Part shown: one piece after another, positions 52,272 through 64,000 of the stretch
How positions within the stretch are numbered: position 1 is the stretch's first letter
How the letters are laid out: the number at the start of each line of letters is the position of its first letter
DNA from: Octopus vulgaris
Lineage: Eukaryota
Reading direction: 5' to 3'
Assembly: GCA_951406725.2 (NCBI GenBank)
Contig: OX597828.1
Location: 30,380,001 to 30,444,000, forward strand
DNA: 64,000 bases
Notes under the pieces: generated by a model
Told to the model about the DNA's origin: nothing
Database searches by the model: none
Seen by the model: the letters and a program-made list of their open reading frames with translations, nothing else
Translations under genes and position numbers: made by a program

Positions 52272-52310
52272 CTAGGGTACCACACGACCCGCCGGCGGGA
52301 CGTGGATATC
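52272..52310 (-). mobile_element. possible Helitron 3' terminus
   Basis: Minus strand GC-rich palindrome CCCGCCGGCGGG ~13 nt upstream of CTAG|T; no 5' end identified. Confidence 0.35.
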
Positions 52311-53076
52311 TAACATTTCTAGTGCGATCCTTGCTTCAAATATGGTATAGTCTAAAACTATTACCCCGCTCCTGTCAAAATTAATTATGATATCGTATTA
52401 GGAGAATAGGGATAAAACTTAAAAGGAGGCTCGGGAGCCAACTTGTTAAGTACTAGCTGAAGTCCATGCATTTGGCTTACCACACTCCCTCGAAATAGCT
52501 GTGTCAAAATTTGAAACCCATACTTAACTTAAGGTACGGAAGCTACAACGTTGAGAATCTTGAAAATGAATGGTAAATGACTTAGTTAGCACAAAGCAGG
52601 AATGCGGGAACTACATGAGAGTCGTGGAAGTTGGTCAATTTTCTATTTCAGAGAATATCATATTTTCAGTATTCTAAAAACGTAACGAATATTTTGTTGC
52701 TCAGTTAAATAAATCTATAATATTCTCGCAATAATTATCATAATCCTGTATCAAGGGCCAATCTTATATCATTATCAAATAAGCGATACATTTCCACTTG
52801 CCTCACATATGTACCTGCAAATGTTCTTCCAGTTCTGACGTTATATTAGGGTGTAGACTTTTTTTCTGTGGGAAACATCACATTTCAGCGGTAAATAGAA
52901 CGTTCTCTGTGGTAAATGTCAATTATTAAAAAATAGTTTGAGATTTAAATGCAAAGTATATAAACGGATTAGCATAATATTTTAATATATAACGGCGTAA
53001 TTGTGTTTTTATGACATACATGAAGTGAAAACTTTTGAATAACATATTAATCCAGTATTCATGGATATTATCTAGC

Positions 53077-53180
53077 TATGTATGTATGTATGTATGTATG
53101 TATGTATGTATGTATGTATGTATGTATGTATGTATGTATATATGTATGTATGTATGTATCTATCTATTGATCTATCTACA
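53077..53180. repeat. (TATG)n/(TATC)n microsatellite
   Basis: Direct repeats. Confidence 0.95.
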
Positions 53181-54477
53181 AACATATTTATCAATCAATC
53201 TATTCAAATACATATCTGTATATGTGTATGCATGTTCGCGTGTGTGTTCATAGTTAAAGCAAACATAGAAAATAGGAAACCACGCTTAATGGCTTGATTG
53301 TATATATATATATATATATGTCAGATTAAAATGCATTCTTTCGAGAACATATTAAACATTTTTATGCAGTCTGTATTGCATTCATATGTATTCTAATCTT
53401 CTTCGAGATCTAACTTATGCAAGCGAAATTTCTTTATTTTGGAAAGTATATACTAACGTTAATTTTTCGGTAGGTCTCACCAACACTTCTTTAATATCTG
53501 TATACATTCGTATTTAGAATTTTTGCGGATTGATTTGTACCTCTTGTATTTTCTCTTTCTCTTTCACTACCACTTTTTGTCTTTTTCTAGCGCTATTATC
53601 TTTCAAACTGTCGTTTTAACTCTGCTTCCTTTTTACTTTCGTTGCTGTCTGAGTTCACTAAGCTGAATCTGTGTTCACAAATTTTGGCAAGGAAAATCGT
53701 TAATTCATCTCACAGCTGCGAAAAAGATTTTCTATGTGAATGGTTTGACACACATTAATTCTCTTCACCCACACATTCTTCTTCATTTTGATGATTTGCC
53801 AGTCTTATATATCACTTTTGTCATTCGTTTCTATTCTATGTTTTCATTGATCCTAACACCGATATGCTTTCTACTATAACAGGATTCCGTTTCGACTTTA
53901 ATTCTAAAAAAATTAAAACACCTTCTTTAATATTGTTTCTAATCTAATATTATTTCACAGATTACTAGCTAGGCTAGAAACGTGTTACGTTCATTAGAGC
54001 TCGACAAAATTCATTCTTGGTTCGTGATACATTTATTATTTTCTTTCAGATATTTCTCATTTTATGTCGGAATTCTATTGTTACCTCTAATTCTCTCTTG
54101 TAAATTTTCTCTAAAAATGAAGCAAAATTTTACAGATTCAGTAAATATCAATAGTATGTGCTACTGATTTGAATGATAAAATTATATATATGAGAAGTGA
54201 GAATTTTATAAATATTGTCTGATCCACTTCAGTTTAATAAGGTTAATTTTACAACGAAAAGCACATTTCTCGCGAAAGAAAATAAATTACACTGTGAGAA
54301 ATTAATGTTAATCTATTTAGAATCCATATTTAGGGTTGTAACATATATCAGTTTGAGATTATGATCTATAACAGCAATTAGGGGCGACCCAAAAAGAAAA
54401 ATGTTGATAACAAGCGTCCTAGTTCGAAAAGTCTTCAAATATGTAAAACAATGAATTTTATAAATCATAATCAATTA

Positions 54478-54866
54478 TCTCTCTATATATAAACGGCAGT
54501 TTGTGTCTGTGTGTCTGCGTGTCTGTGTGTCTGTTAGGTTGTACCCTCACCCTGACCACGGCTTTCAACCGATTCTGATGAAACTTGACATACACATAGC
54601 CCAATGTCATAATTCAAAACTAACGAAGCGAAAATTTTGAAAAGTTCCCCCAGTTCTGAAAAAAATCGATGAATTCAACATGGGGTCGAGAATCAGAAAC
54701 ACAAACCACAGACTGTCTAGGGGACACAACTCGACCTTTTTAACTCCCCCAAAAATTTACCATAATTTTTTTCCCATTTTTTGGCTATTTTTTGGCTATA
54801 ACTCTCTAAAAATGCTTTATAGTTATTTCCCTTACAAACCCGAGCAACGCCGGGCGATACTGCTAG
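54478..54866 (+). mobile_element. complete non-autonomous Helitron (389 bp)
   Basis: A|TC 5' end (TCTCTCTATATATAAA), subterminal (TGTC/TG) microsatellite, 3' hairpin CCCGAGCAACGCCGGG (54839-54854), CTAG|T end, no TSD. Confidence 0.88.
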
Positions 54867-55834
54867 TATAAATATAAATATGGTTTTACTTCAAATTACT
54901 CATTGAAAATACAGTCAATTAAAACAAATTCTATACTAATCAATTATTCTTCATTTCTCTTATTTCTCATTGTAGAGACCTTGCTTTAAAATAGTTTAAG
55001 ATGACTGATGAAATTACCATTCGTCACTTTATAATAGAGATACGTTTCGGTGCAAATGTCGATATAAAATTCGATCTCAAGTAGTCTTATGGGTGAAAAG
55101 TCATTTCCTATTGAACGCTTGAACTAAGCTCAATGGAATATTAAGAATAAGATCAGGAAGTACTTAACATAAAGAAACACTTTCATAATTATTATGCTGA
55201 TGACCATTAGTACTTGTATTATAGATTCATTAAAAGTAAAATTTTCCCAAGATCTCTGTTGCAAACAATACGGATTTTCTATTCCCATGAAAGTCAATTA
55301 TTCTATATGAATTCAAAAAGATGTTATATATTGAAAACGTAGAATTTGACCGGTATCCGAAAAATCTTTGTAATTTCATTGGAAAGTTTATTAGAGATGG
55401 CGTTGTTGAAAGCTAGTTATCTAAAATGAAAAAATCGTATTGTGTTTTACAGAACCTACACATTATGTACATATAAGAGAAATCATACATTTTCGAATAC
55501 ACTTCTGGACTGTTTTTCTTTCACTAGAAAAACATAGGTATATATGCTCATAGCTTCGAAGAAAAGCACACCGACGGACACTGAAAAATGGAAAGAAGTG
55601 GAAATTGATGAGACATAACGTTGCTGCACTTTTTGAATAGTCGATAGAAAGTGATGACATGAGAGAACGTCTCGGATGCATTGCCTGGTTATAAAGGCGT
55701 AGTCTGCTGTTCTTGTGCCGGTAATGATTGTGTGTCGATATGTATATACGTTTGTATTCATGTACGTATGTATGCGTGAGAGAGAGAGATAGATAGATAG
55801 AGAGAGAGAGAGTGTGTGTGTGTTTGTGTGTGTG

Positions 55835-56120
55835 TGCAAGGGCTCTTGGCCCAGTGTTTGGAGTGTTGCACTCACATACGCGAGATCGTGGGTTCGATTG
55901 CGGGGAGAGGCAGTGTAGTCTTTTCTTGACCAAAACACTTCATCTCAGGTTGATCTGCGTTCAATTAGACATCTGATCTTTAGTACAGCGTGCACCCGAT
56001 TCGATGATGCCGGTTTAATGGAGGATGTAAGCTTATTTGCTACGTAAACAGTTAATGCAATAAATGTGTGAATCCGAGAGGTTAATATGCTGAACAAAAT
56101 CATGATTATTGCTCGTCCTC
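55835..56120 (+). mobile_element. old tRNA-headed CORE-like SINE
   Basis: TGGCCCAGTGTTTGGAGTGTTGCACTCAC..GTGGGTTCGATTGC (A/B boxes), then TTCTTGACCAAAACACTTCATCTCA CORE-like block. Confidence 0.6.
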
Positions 56121-56353
56121 TATTTTCATTTTCTCAAAGCCAGGAACATTTCAGTGCCCTTTGTTTAAACACAGATATGTATGTATGCAAGGAATCTAAT
56201 GCTCTTAGCTTAGTTTTTCATTGGGGCTGGCCAGACTGGAGCAATCTCAATCAAAATCAACCTAAATTGCGAAGATAATCTGGTACTTGACTGATGAAAA
56301 TATCAGTCCTTATTGTCTTTGTATTATCTATCTGGATTTTTGTTGTCCCATTT

Positions 56354-56416
<63 letters not shown>

Positions 56417-57714
56417 TTCTATATAAATGACAATTTATAAATGTCTTTCTATTACATTCTTACTGCCTGAAACAGCGTACCAATGTTTATGAAACAAAAC
56501 ATACCTGTTAAACTAACATCCAATAGTATAATTGGAATAAAGGAAAAATCGATAATGCCCCCTCCCTAGCGGGGTGGGCGAATTCTATGATAAAACGAGA
56601 AAGGTACAAAGTGTATTAGTCGGAGTGAAATGTAGTAGCAGACGTGAGTGTTCCTGATATCACGAAAGGGAGAGAACAGCCTTGCGTAAGCGAGAAAAAT
56701 ATGGAGAGGCAATAGGATGTAAACGTTATTACATCTGTCATATACACGTGACGCTGCATGCACACATACACACACACACACGCACACATATAGACAGACA
56801 TACGCACACGTACACACGCACACGCACACACGCTCACGCACACACACACACACACACACACATGCACACACACAAGTAACGTTTAAAACTCCGACGGAGA
56901 GAGAAAAATGTAGGTGCTTGGAATATAGAGGTATAAAGAGAGACGGGGCAGGTGGCTTTTCTGTTGTCCATCTTAAAGAAACACTCACACACTGACACAC
57001 ACACACATACACACACATATATATATATATATAGTACGTACATAGATACAGATGTGAACTATACGTCATTTTAAACTCTTTATTACCTGTCTACGTCTTT
57101 AAATGTGGGTGTGTGTCTCTGTGTGTGTTTGTATCTCACGTCTGTCTGTCTCTGTACTTTTCTATGGCCTTCCCTGTTGCTGTCTCAAATACAGAGATTT
57201 TTAAATTACGTCAAAATTTTCACATTTGGAGTATTGCAATAATGTTCCAGAAAAATTGCAGACAATGTTACTGAGGTTTAAAATTTAATCCTTTTTACCT
57301 AGTGAGAAAACATGATTTGGAAGATGGTATTTTCTGCATGATAGCTGTCTATCACAAAATAAAAACAAAACCATTAGGAGTAAGAAATTTTATTAAAGAA
57401 ACGAAAGTTGTAAAACTTTCTGAATTCTTAAAACGTTTTAATGAAAAAAGTCAAGTGAAACGGTCGAACAGATATGCAAATAATTTAAGAAGGAAACAAA
57501 ATCCTCAGTGAATTTCTTTTGCAAAAAATTGCACACCATTGAATCCGATCTATCGTTTAAATTGGGCTTTGTGATTGCATATCTTCGTGATGTATTCAAT
57601 GTTGTGTATTTCAATGTGAGCTCCACATTATCGCATCTAGCCATTTCTGGCGTCCTATTCGTTGAGGTGCCTTGAATCTAATGAAGAATCAATGCTATAA
57701 AATAATGTGTATGT

Positions 57715-57764
<50 letters not shown>

Positions 57765-58601
57765 GTGTGTGTGTGTGTGTGCGTGTGTGTGTGTGTGTTA
57801 ATGTGTATATATGTATATAAAATTTATACGGATGCATGTAGGTTTGTTAGAACAAAGAGGATAAATAAAACTCAATTCATGAGCATATATAACATGTTAT
57901 ATTCATTTGGCATAAGTTACTAAGTATCTCACTGACTGAGGGTTTCGTGCTAAGAATTATATATAATTGTTCTTCCGTGAGCCGCAAACGATATGAACAT
58001 TTTTTGCTTCCTTTGTAGGGAGGATCACAAATAGTGAGCTATTCATCTGATAAAGCACTGTTGCAACGCGCTTTTTATCTTCATTAAGAGGATATAATTT
58101 TCACTTTAATATATATTATGCCCCTTCTAATATTCCATTTCTTTCTTTGTTATTCTGAGTGTATATTAACATGTGTATACTTTGGAAGGTAACCCGTAAT
58201 CTTTAAGCAATTGGATGGTACACAATTCATGAATAAATCTTCACCAATATTCATATAAAGGCACTCAAAATATTGTTTAATAGCATAGTTAGTTATGAAC
58301 TATCTGTTATGCACACAATTGTTGTCGGCAGTATATATATTTGATTAATGAATGGCACTCGGCTTACAGTCACATTACACAATATGACGTTGCATTAGAA
58401 AACAGGAAGGAATAGCAAAGCTGCAATGTATGTATAGAAATTTATGTGAATATAATTTCCTGATATTTCTATGTAAACTAAAAGAACAAATAAATACACC
58501 CGAGTAATTTTCAAGAATTCAAATTCACAAAGTGATTTAACACCAGATACTGTAATTGTGTTTCGTTATATAAAAGTAAAAAAGTACTATATTCAACTGA
58601 A

Positions 58602-58603
<2 letters not shown>

Positions 58604-58687
<84 letters not shown>

Positions 58688-58727
58688 CATATATATATAT
58701 ATATGTGTGTGTTGTGTGTGTGTGTGT

Positions 58728-58790
<63 letters not shown>

Positions 58791-58833
58791 TCGATGTATC
58801 CATTTCTGGAAATAGATACATACACACACGCAC

Positions 58834-58885
<52 letters not shown>
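58604..58885. repeat. long (TA)n-dominated compound microsatellite
   Basis: Direct repeats. Confidence 0.95.
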
Positions 58886-58887
<2 letters not shown>

Positions 58888-59276
58888 TTTATTCCATCAT
58901 CAAATACTCTATCATCAATTAAGAGTAACGAATACATATTAACATTTGTATTATTTCTATGCCACTCAATTCGAATCCATCCCTGTACAATACTCATTGT
59001 ATTCCACCAAAACTATCGTTCCATAATTATACTCAGTGCCTAGGATTACGCAAGTACTGAAGAAGGAAGGAATCCGCGTCCTATATTGTGGAGTAACTGT
59101 CAATGATCTATTTGTAAAATGCACTCTACTTACATGTATGTTACTATATTTATACAGAAGAAAGTAGATTTCTATTCATACACTCACATGTACATATATT
59201 CACTCACCATATGCATTTACGAAAATAGCAGTATATATATGCCTCTCTCTCTCCCTCTCTCTCCCCCTCTCTCCCC

Positions 59277-59311
<35 letters not shown>

Positions 59312-59330
59312 CTTATGTATATATATATTG

Positions 59331-59676
59331 TAGGCGCCGGAATGGCTGTGTGGTACGTAGCTTGTTTCACATTGGGCAAGTGTCTTCTAATATAGCCTCC
59401 GGCCGAATAGAGCCTTGTGGGTGGATATGGTAGACGGTAATATATGTACATATGTATGTATGTGCATATGTTTGTATCCCTGTGCTTGTCTCCCCAACAT
59501 CGCTTGACAACCGATGGTGGTGTGTTTACATTCCCGTATGTTAGCGGTACGGTGAAAGAGACCGATAGGTCTAGGCTTCCAAAGAATAAGTTCTGGGCTC
59601 GATTTGCTCGACTAAAGGCAGTGCTTCAGCATGGGCGCAATCACATTATTATAAAAATTAAGACAGTAAAAGAGTA
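59331..59676 (+). mobile_element. SINE group B with internal deletions
   Basis: AGGCGCCGGAATGGCTGTGTGGTACGTAGC..GGGCAAGTGTCTTCT..GCTTGACAACCGATGGTGG..GAGACCGATAG..GCTCGACTAAAGGCAGTGCTTCAGCATGG. Confidence 0.88.
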
Positions 59677-59677
59677 T

Positions 59678-59840
59678 ATAAATAGAGTTAAACGCATGTG
59701 TTATTCAATTTCTTTTACGTTCGACACATGCTTCAAAGATATCAGTGGTACTTTTCCAAATGAATAATAACAGTGATATCTTCGAAACATGTGTCGGAAA
59801 TAAATGAATTTGAATAATGCCTGCGTTTAACTCCATTTAT
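59678..59840. repeat. 163-bp imperfect palindrome (two ~72-bp arms) containing hammerhead 3' half-motifs
   Basis: Left arm ATAAATAGAGTTAAACGC..CGACACATGCTTCAAAGATATCAGTG vs right arm CAGTGATATCTTCGAAACATGTGTCG..GCGTTTAACTCCATTTAT, ~80% complementary by eye. Confidence 0.9.
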
Positions 59841-59925
59841 TTATTTATACATATGATACAAATTATTTCACGTAATCCCGGATTTTCTACCTTAAAAAAC
59901 CATATATATATATATACATACATAC

Positions 59926-59998
<73 letters not shown>

Positions 59999-60001
<3 letters not shown>

Positions 60002-60199
60002 GGGAGAATTTATAAAAAAAATGACGAAGACAGGTGGTGTAGACAACAAACATATGCATTTGTATAACTCTCGAGAAGTGAAAAAGTCATTAACGTTTCG
60101 AGCCGAAGCTCTTCCAGAGAAAGGAACACAGAAAGAAACAAGGAGAGGAAATAAAGAATGTGTAGTGGGTAGCGATCTATCATGACGAAGGCCGGACAG

Positions 60200-60200
<1 letters not shown>
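59999..60200 (-). mobile_element. short element inside (TA)n with degenerate hammerhead-like motif (probable Penelope-derived terminus)
   Basis: Bounded by (TA)n on both sides; minus strand CTGGAA-GAGC TTCG GCTC-GAAACGTT. Confidence 0.5.
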
Positions 60201-60234
<34 letters not shown>

Positions 60235-60238
<4 letters not shown>

Positions 60239-61437
60239 GTTGTCATACATAAAATGTCGCATTTGAAAAAGGAAACATTAATATTGTTTTTAAGTTTTAG
60301 AATATTTAATTATTTAATCAAAAGTTGACTCTTGTTCATTTATAACCTTCATCCAACGTTCGTCTAAGGCATACATTCCTTCTTTAAAGCATTTGTCATC
60401 TTTTACACTGATAAACTGCTCGCATTCTTCAATGACCTATTCTTTATGTACTAATATTTCATTGCGTATAGCAAGCTCGAACTGTCTAAATATGTGATAA
60501 ACAATAGGAGAGATATCAGGAGAATAAGGAAGATGTTCCAAAATTGCATAATTCAGGCTTTGCAGCTTGAGGGCGTGCATTATCATGAAGGAAAATTTAG
60601 CCATCTCTATTCACTTATCTGGGTTGCTTCTTTTTCATGCCTACAATTAATTTCTTGACAATAGGATGTTGCTGTCAAAGATTTTCTCTGTTGCAAAAAA
60701 TGAATAATGAATAACCCACTTTGTTGACCACCGTAGAGTGACCATCTGTAGAGTGCAATGGTAGTTTGGGGTCGTGTTTTGGTGACACTCCTGCATCTAA
60801 CCACTGTCCTGTCCTCCTGATGGTATTAAAGGGTATCCTTTTCTTATCACACGTAATGGTTCGCTTTCCAATAGAGAAATCAATATGGAACTCATTGTAA
60901 GGTGCCTGTTTCTTTGAATCTCATTAATTTGATGGGGAATAAACCTATCCATCTTTTTGAATTTTCCAATGTTCTTCACGTGTCGAGAAGCAGTTACGCG
61001 AGATGTCTGGAGCTCTGATACGATTTTTCGGACCGTTGTTCTCGGAGTTCGTTTAACCAAAGCATTCCATTCATCATGTCGAATAATTGTGTTTGGTCTC
61101 CCTCTTGGTTCATTTTTAAAGCGAAATCTTTGGGACCATATCTGAACAGTTCTGATGTCAAAAGAGTCATTACCAAAATCCCATAAGGTATTTCGAGTGC
61201 TTCGGTGGCAGAGTAACCCAACTTGTATTCATACAAGAACATCGCTCGGTATTTATCAGTTGTCAATATTATCATAAGAGCTGTGGGTAGCAAATGTGAA
61301 TAATAGTATTGTTTAGAAAGAAAAGAATCAACAGTAAAAACAAGTATATACATAGAAACTCATGAATAAAAAGTCTGTTTATAGATGACTCATACGAGAC
61401 CCATTTGAAATTGGACATTTCATGAGAGACTACCTAA
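60235..61437 (-). mobile_element. full-length decayed mariner transposon (~1.2 kb) with TA TSD
   Basis: TIRs TA|TTAGGTTGTCATACATAAAATGTC and (reverse complement) TA|TTAGGTAGTCTCTCATGAAATGTC; transposase remnants YRAMFLYEYKLGYSATEA, IGKFKKMDRFIPHQI (WVPHEL-like) and LEHLPYSPDISP. Confidence 0.92.
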
Positions 61438-61494
61438 TACATACATACATACATGCATACATACATACATACATAGATACATATACATACATAA

Positions 61495-61544
<50 letters not shown>

Positions 61545-61616
61545 TGTTTGTTCAAAACGGCTACAACTGGAGCACCTATTTGACCAGTCAGAACGCATGC
61601 ATGTTAGTCTCAGTCA

Positions 61617-61648
<32 letters not shown>

Positions 61649-61685
61649 CCTATTCACATATACATATATACCTATTCGCATATCC

Positions 61686-61717
<32 letters not shown>

Positions 61718-63170
61718 TCATATATGTATATATGGGTTTGTACATGTGTTTATATGTATCTGCGATTGTGTGTGTTTTCTTTGGTAGGTGTAGATTCTCC
61801 TCTATGTGAACTTTTTATCTGATATATTTAAATATACTCTAAAATATTTTGTATGCGAGTAAATGATGGTTTCAGACACACCCGTAAATTATTTTAAGCC
61901 AAGACAATATACATAATTGTTGTGGTACAATAAATTCAAAGGTTTTTTTTTGTTTTTTTCGAAGGAATAGTTAATTTGTTTTCCTTCCATTTGTGTATTT
62001 TATACAAACAATAACAGTTTTTCTTTGTTTCCTTGTAACTAAATTGTTTGTTGATATATCTATATTCTAAGAGCAACACATTAGAAAATCTAGATACAAT
62101 CTACATACAATGTACCTACAATGAATAATTGAATATATTTCAAAAGAGGATGAAAAGGTCAAAAACGATATAGCACCGAATAGAATACATTAGAGTATTT
62201 AGATCCTACTCATTGTTAACGGTAAAAATAAATAGAAGGGATAAATTGGAGTACAATGTATGTAACCATCCTTCCTATCAAAATAGAAAGGGGTTCAGAG
62301 AAATGTAAGCGAGGCCTTTTCGGTTGTAAGTTTCCTGGGAAGAGTAAAATGAAATGTTTAACAAACAAAGAAATGTAATGTCATTGTATTATTGGCTATG
62401 TTGCCACTTTTAGTGTTTATTCAACGACCATGCTTGTACAATACCTGCAGAAAGTCCGTTTAGTGAATTATGTCACCCTAGAACTGTTTTTGGCATTTAT
62501 TTCAGCGTTCTCGTAAGGTCGGAAATGATAGGTAAAGCTTGATGTAAGGGGAAAGAACTGAATAGATATGTGTGTAGATGTATGTATGTGTAAGTGTGTA
62601 TGCGTGTGTGCGAGCGTGTGTGTGTGTGCGTGCGCCTGTGTGTGGATGAGTGACTTTATTCCAATATGTTGCGCGTTATCACTCACTCACTCTCACACAA
62701 CTAGTTTTCTGCACAGCTTTGTCAACCGAATTTTATTCACAACTTAACCGCACGCCATGATAAGGTATATTTGTTCGAAATGCTATACACTGTAATCAGA
62801 TCCGGCATCGCGAGTTTCTCTTCTTTATAAGAGTTCCTTATGCGTTTATAATTCTTTATTATTAAATTATCGGGTCACGGAAAGAGGTAGAAAATAAAGA
62901 ATGAGTCATTCATAGTGAGAAAGCAGAACAGAATTTCAACAGCGGAATAGACATCTCTGGAAGTCCAGTCCACTATATTAAAACCAAGATACGTATTAAT
63001 CCTTAAAAATGCAATTTCACCTTCGTAGCTATGTAGCAATACCTCTATGGATGCTAAAACGAAAGAAATTCGTCAAATTAACTCGTTACAAATGTAAAAC
63101 ATTGTTATTTGAGAACAAATCTTAATATCCTTCTATTTTGAGGCAATGACTAGATATTATGAACATTTTT

Positions 63171-63260
63171 AGGCGCAGGAGTGTCTTCTGCTATAGCCCC
63201 GGGCCGACCAATGCCTTGTGAGTGGATTTGGTAGACGGAAACTGAAAGAAGCCTGTCGTA

Positions 63261-63302
<42 letters not shown>

Positions 63303-63523
63303 CATATGTATGTTTGTGTGTCTGTGTTTGTCCCCCTAGCATTGCTTGACAACCGTTGCTGGTGTGTTTATGTCCCCGTTACTTAGCGGTTCGTTAAAAG
63401 AGACCGATAGAATAAGTACTGAACTTACAAAGAATAAGTCCTGGGGTCAATTTGCTCGACTAAAGGCGGTGCTCCAGCATGGCCGCAGTCAAAATGAATG
63501 AAACAAGTAAAAGAGTAAAAGAG
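63171..63523 (+). mobile_element. SINE group B, young-looking, tRNA head internally deleted
   Basis: AGGCGCAGGAGTG|TCTTCTGCTATAGCC..GGATTTGGTAGACGGAAACTGAAAGAAGCC, (TA)n, tail to GAAACAAGTAAAAGAGTAAAAGAG. Confidence 0.92.
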
Positions 63524-64000
63524 ATATCATTGTCATATATTTTAAATTATTTACAAACGAACTTTAGGCGGCATTATTTACATTTCCTCACCGTTGATAA
63601 TTCTCAACACGTTTAGCATCGGTGTATTTGATTTAGAGCCATACAAAAAAGAACATGCTCGCCTTTTATAACTGAATATATTTGAGGTTTTTCAGAACGA
63701 ACTTACTTTAAATACTATATTTCCACAGTTGTAAGGCCGATTTCAATATCATTAAATATCTTCTAATTTGACTCTCCTAATTGGGACTCAACTTTCCACT
63801 TCAACTAAATTGTTAACTGTAATATTCATTATAGAGTGCATTATCTGAAAATACACGTTTACTTCTGCCCGTGTTAGCGTTGAAGTTTCTCCTTTGTCGC
63901 AATTGTTCATTTAACTGATATAATAAATTCCAATTGTGTTTTTAAGTCGATTGGACGCCTACAGTCAAAAATACAAGGAAAGCGATTACATGCATACATA

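Noticed and set aside
55000-55050. CTGATGA motif (also 54574, 55197, 56291)
   Set aside because: No downstream stem II + GAAA + NUH arrangement; expected by chance or part of the Helitron.
56414-56590. Second Helitron (TCTTCTATATAAA start)
   Set aside because: The 5' end is suggestive, but no convincing hairpin + CTAG|T terminus was found.

Overview
AT-rich, repeat-saturated animal genomic DNA with no host protein-coding gene, rRNA, true tRNA or CRISPR array that I can support. The repeat content (three tRNA-headed SINE groups, dense (TA)n/(CA)n/(TACA)n/(TTA)n microsatellites) looks like an octopus intergenic or intronic region; the species assignment is inference. Nearly all supplied ORFs are translated microsatellites. 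The recognisable coding remnants are all transposon-derived: two full-length decayed mariners, a fold-back mariner, Tc1 and DD37D/maT fragments, a ~4.5 kb Tx1/L1-type LINE lacking its RT core, several R4/Dong-type REL-LINE pieces, an RTE piece and two Penelope-like fragments. There is also a complete non-autonomous Helitron. The most notable signals are: (1) an apparently intact type I hammerhead ribozyme (- strand, ~48354-48449) downstream of a Penelope GIY-YIG frame with an Asn-rich extension; (2) a 163-bp palindrome built from the 3' half of the same ribozyme motif; (3) a dimeric SINE whose left-arm tail resembles the 3' end of the local Tx1-like LINE; (4) a non-coding element embedded in (TAA)n; (5) a perfect 18-bp hairpin between 48-bp direct repeats. 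All alignments and folds were done by eye, so boundaries are approximate unless termini or TSDs are quoted.
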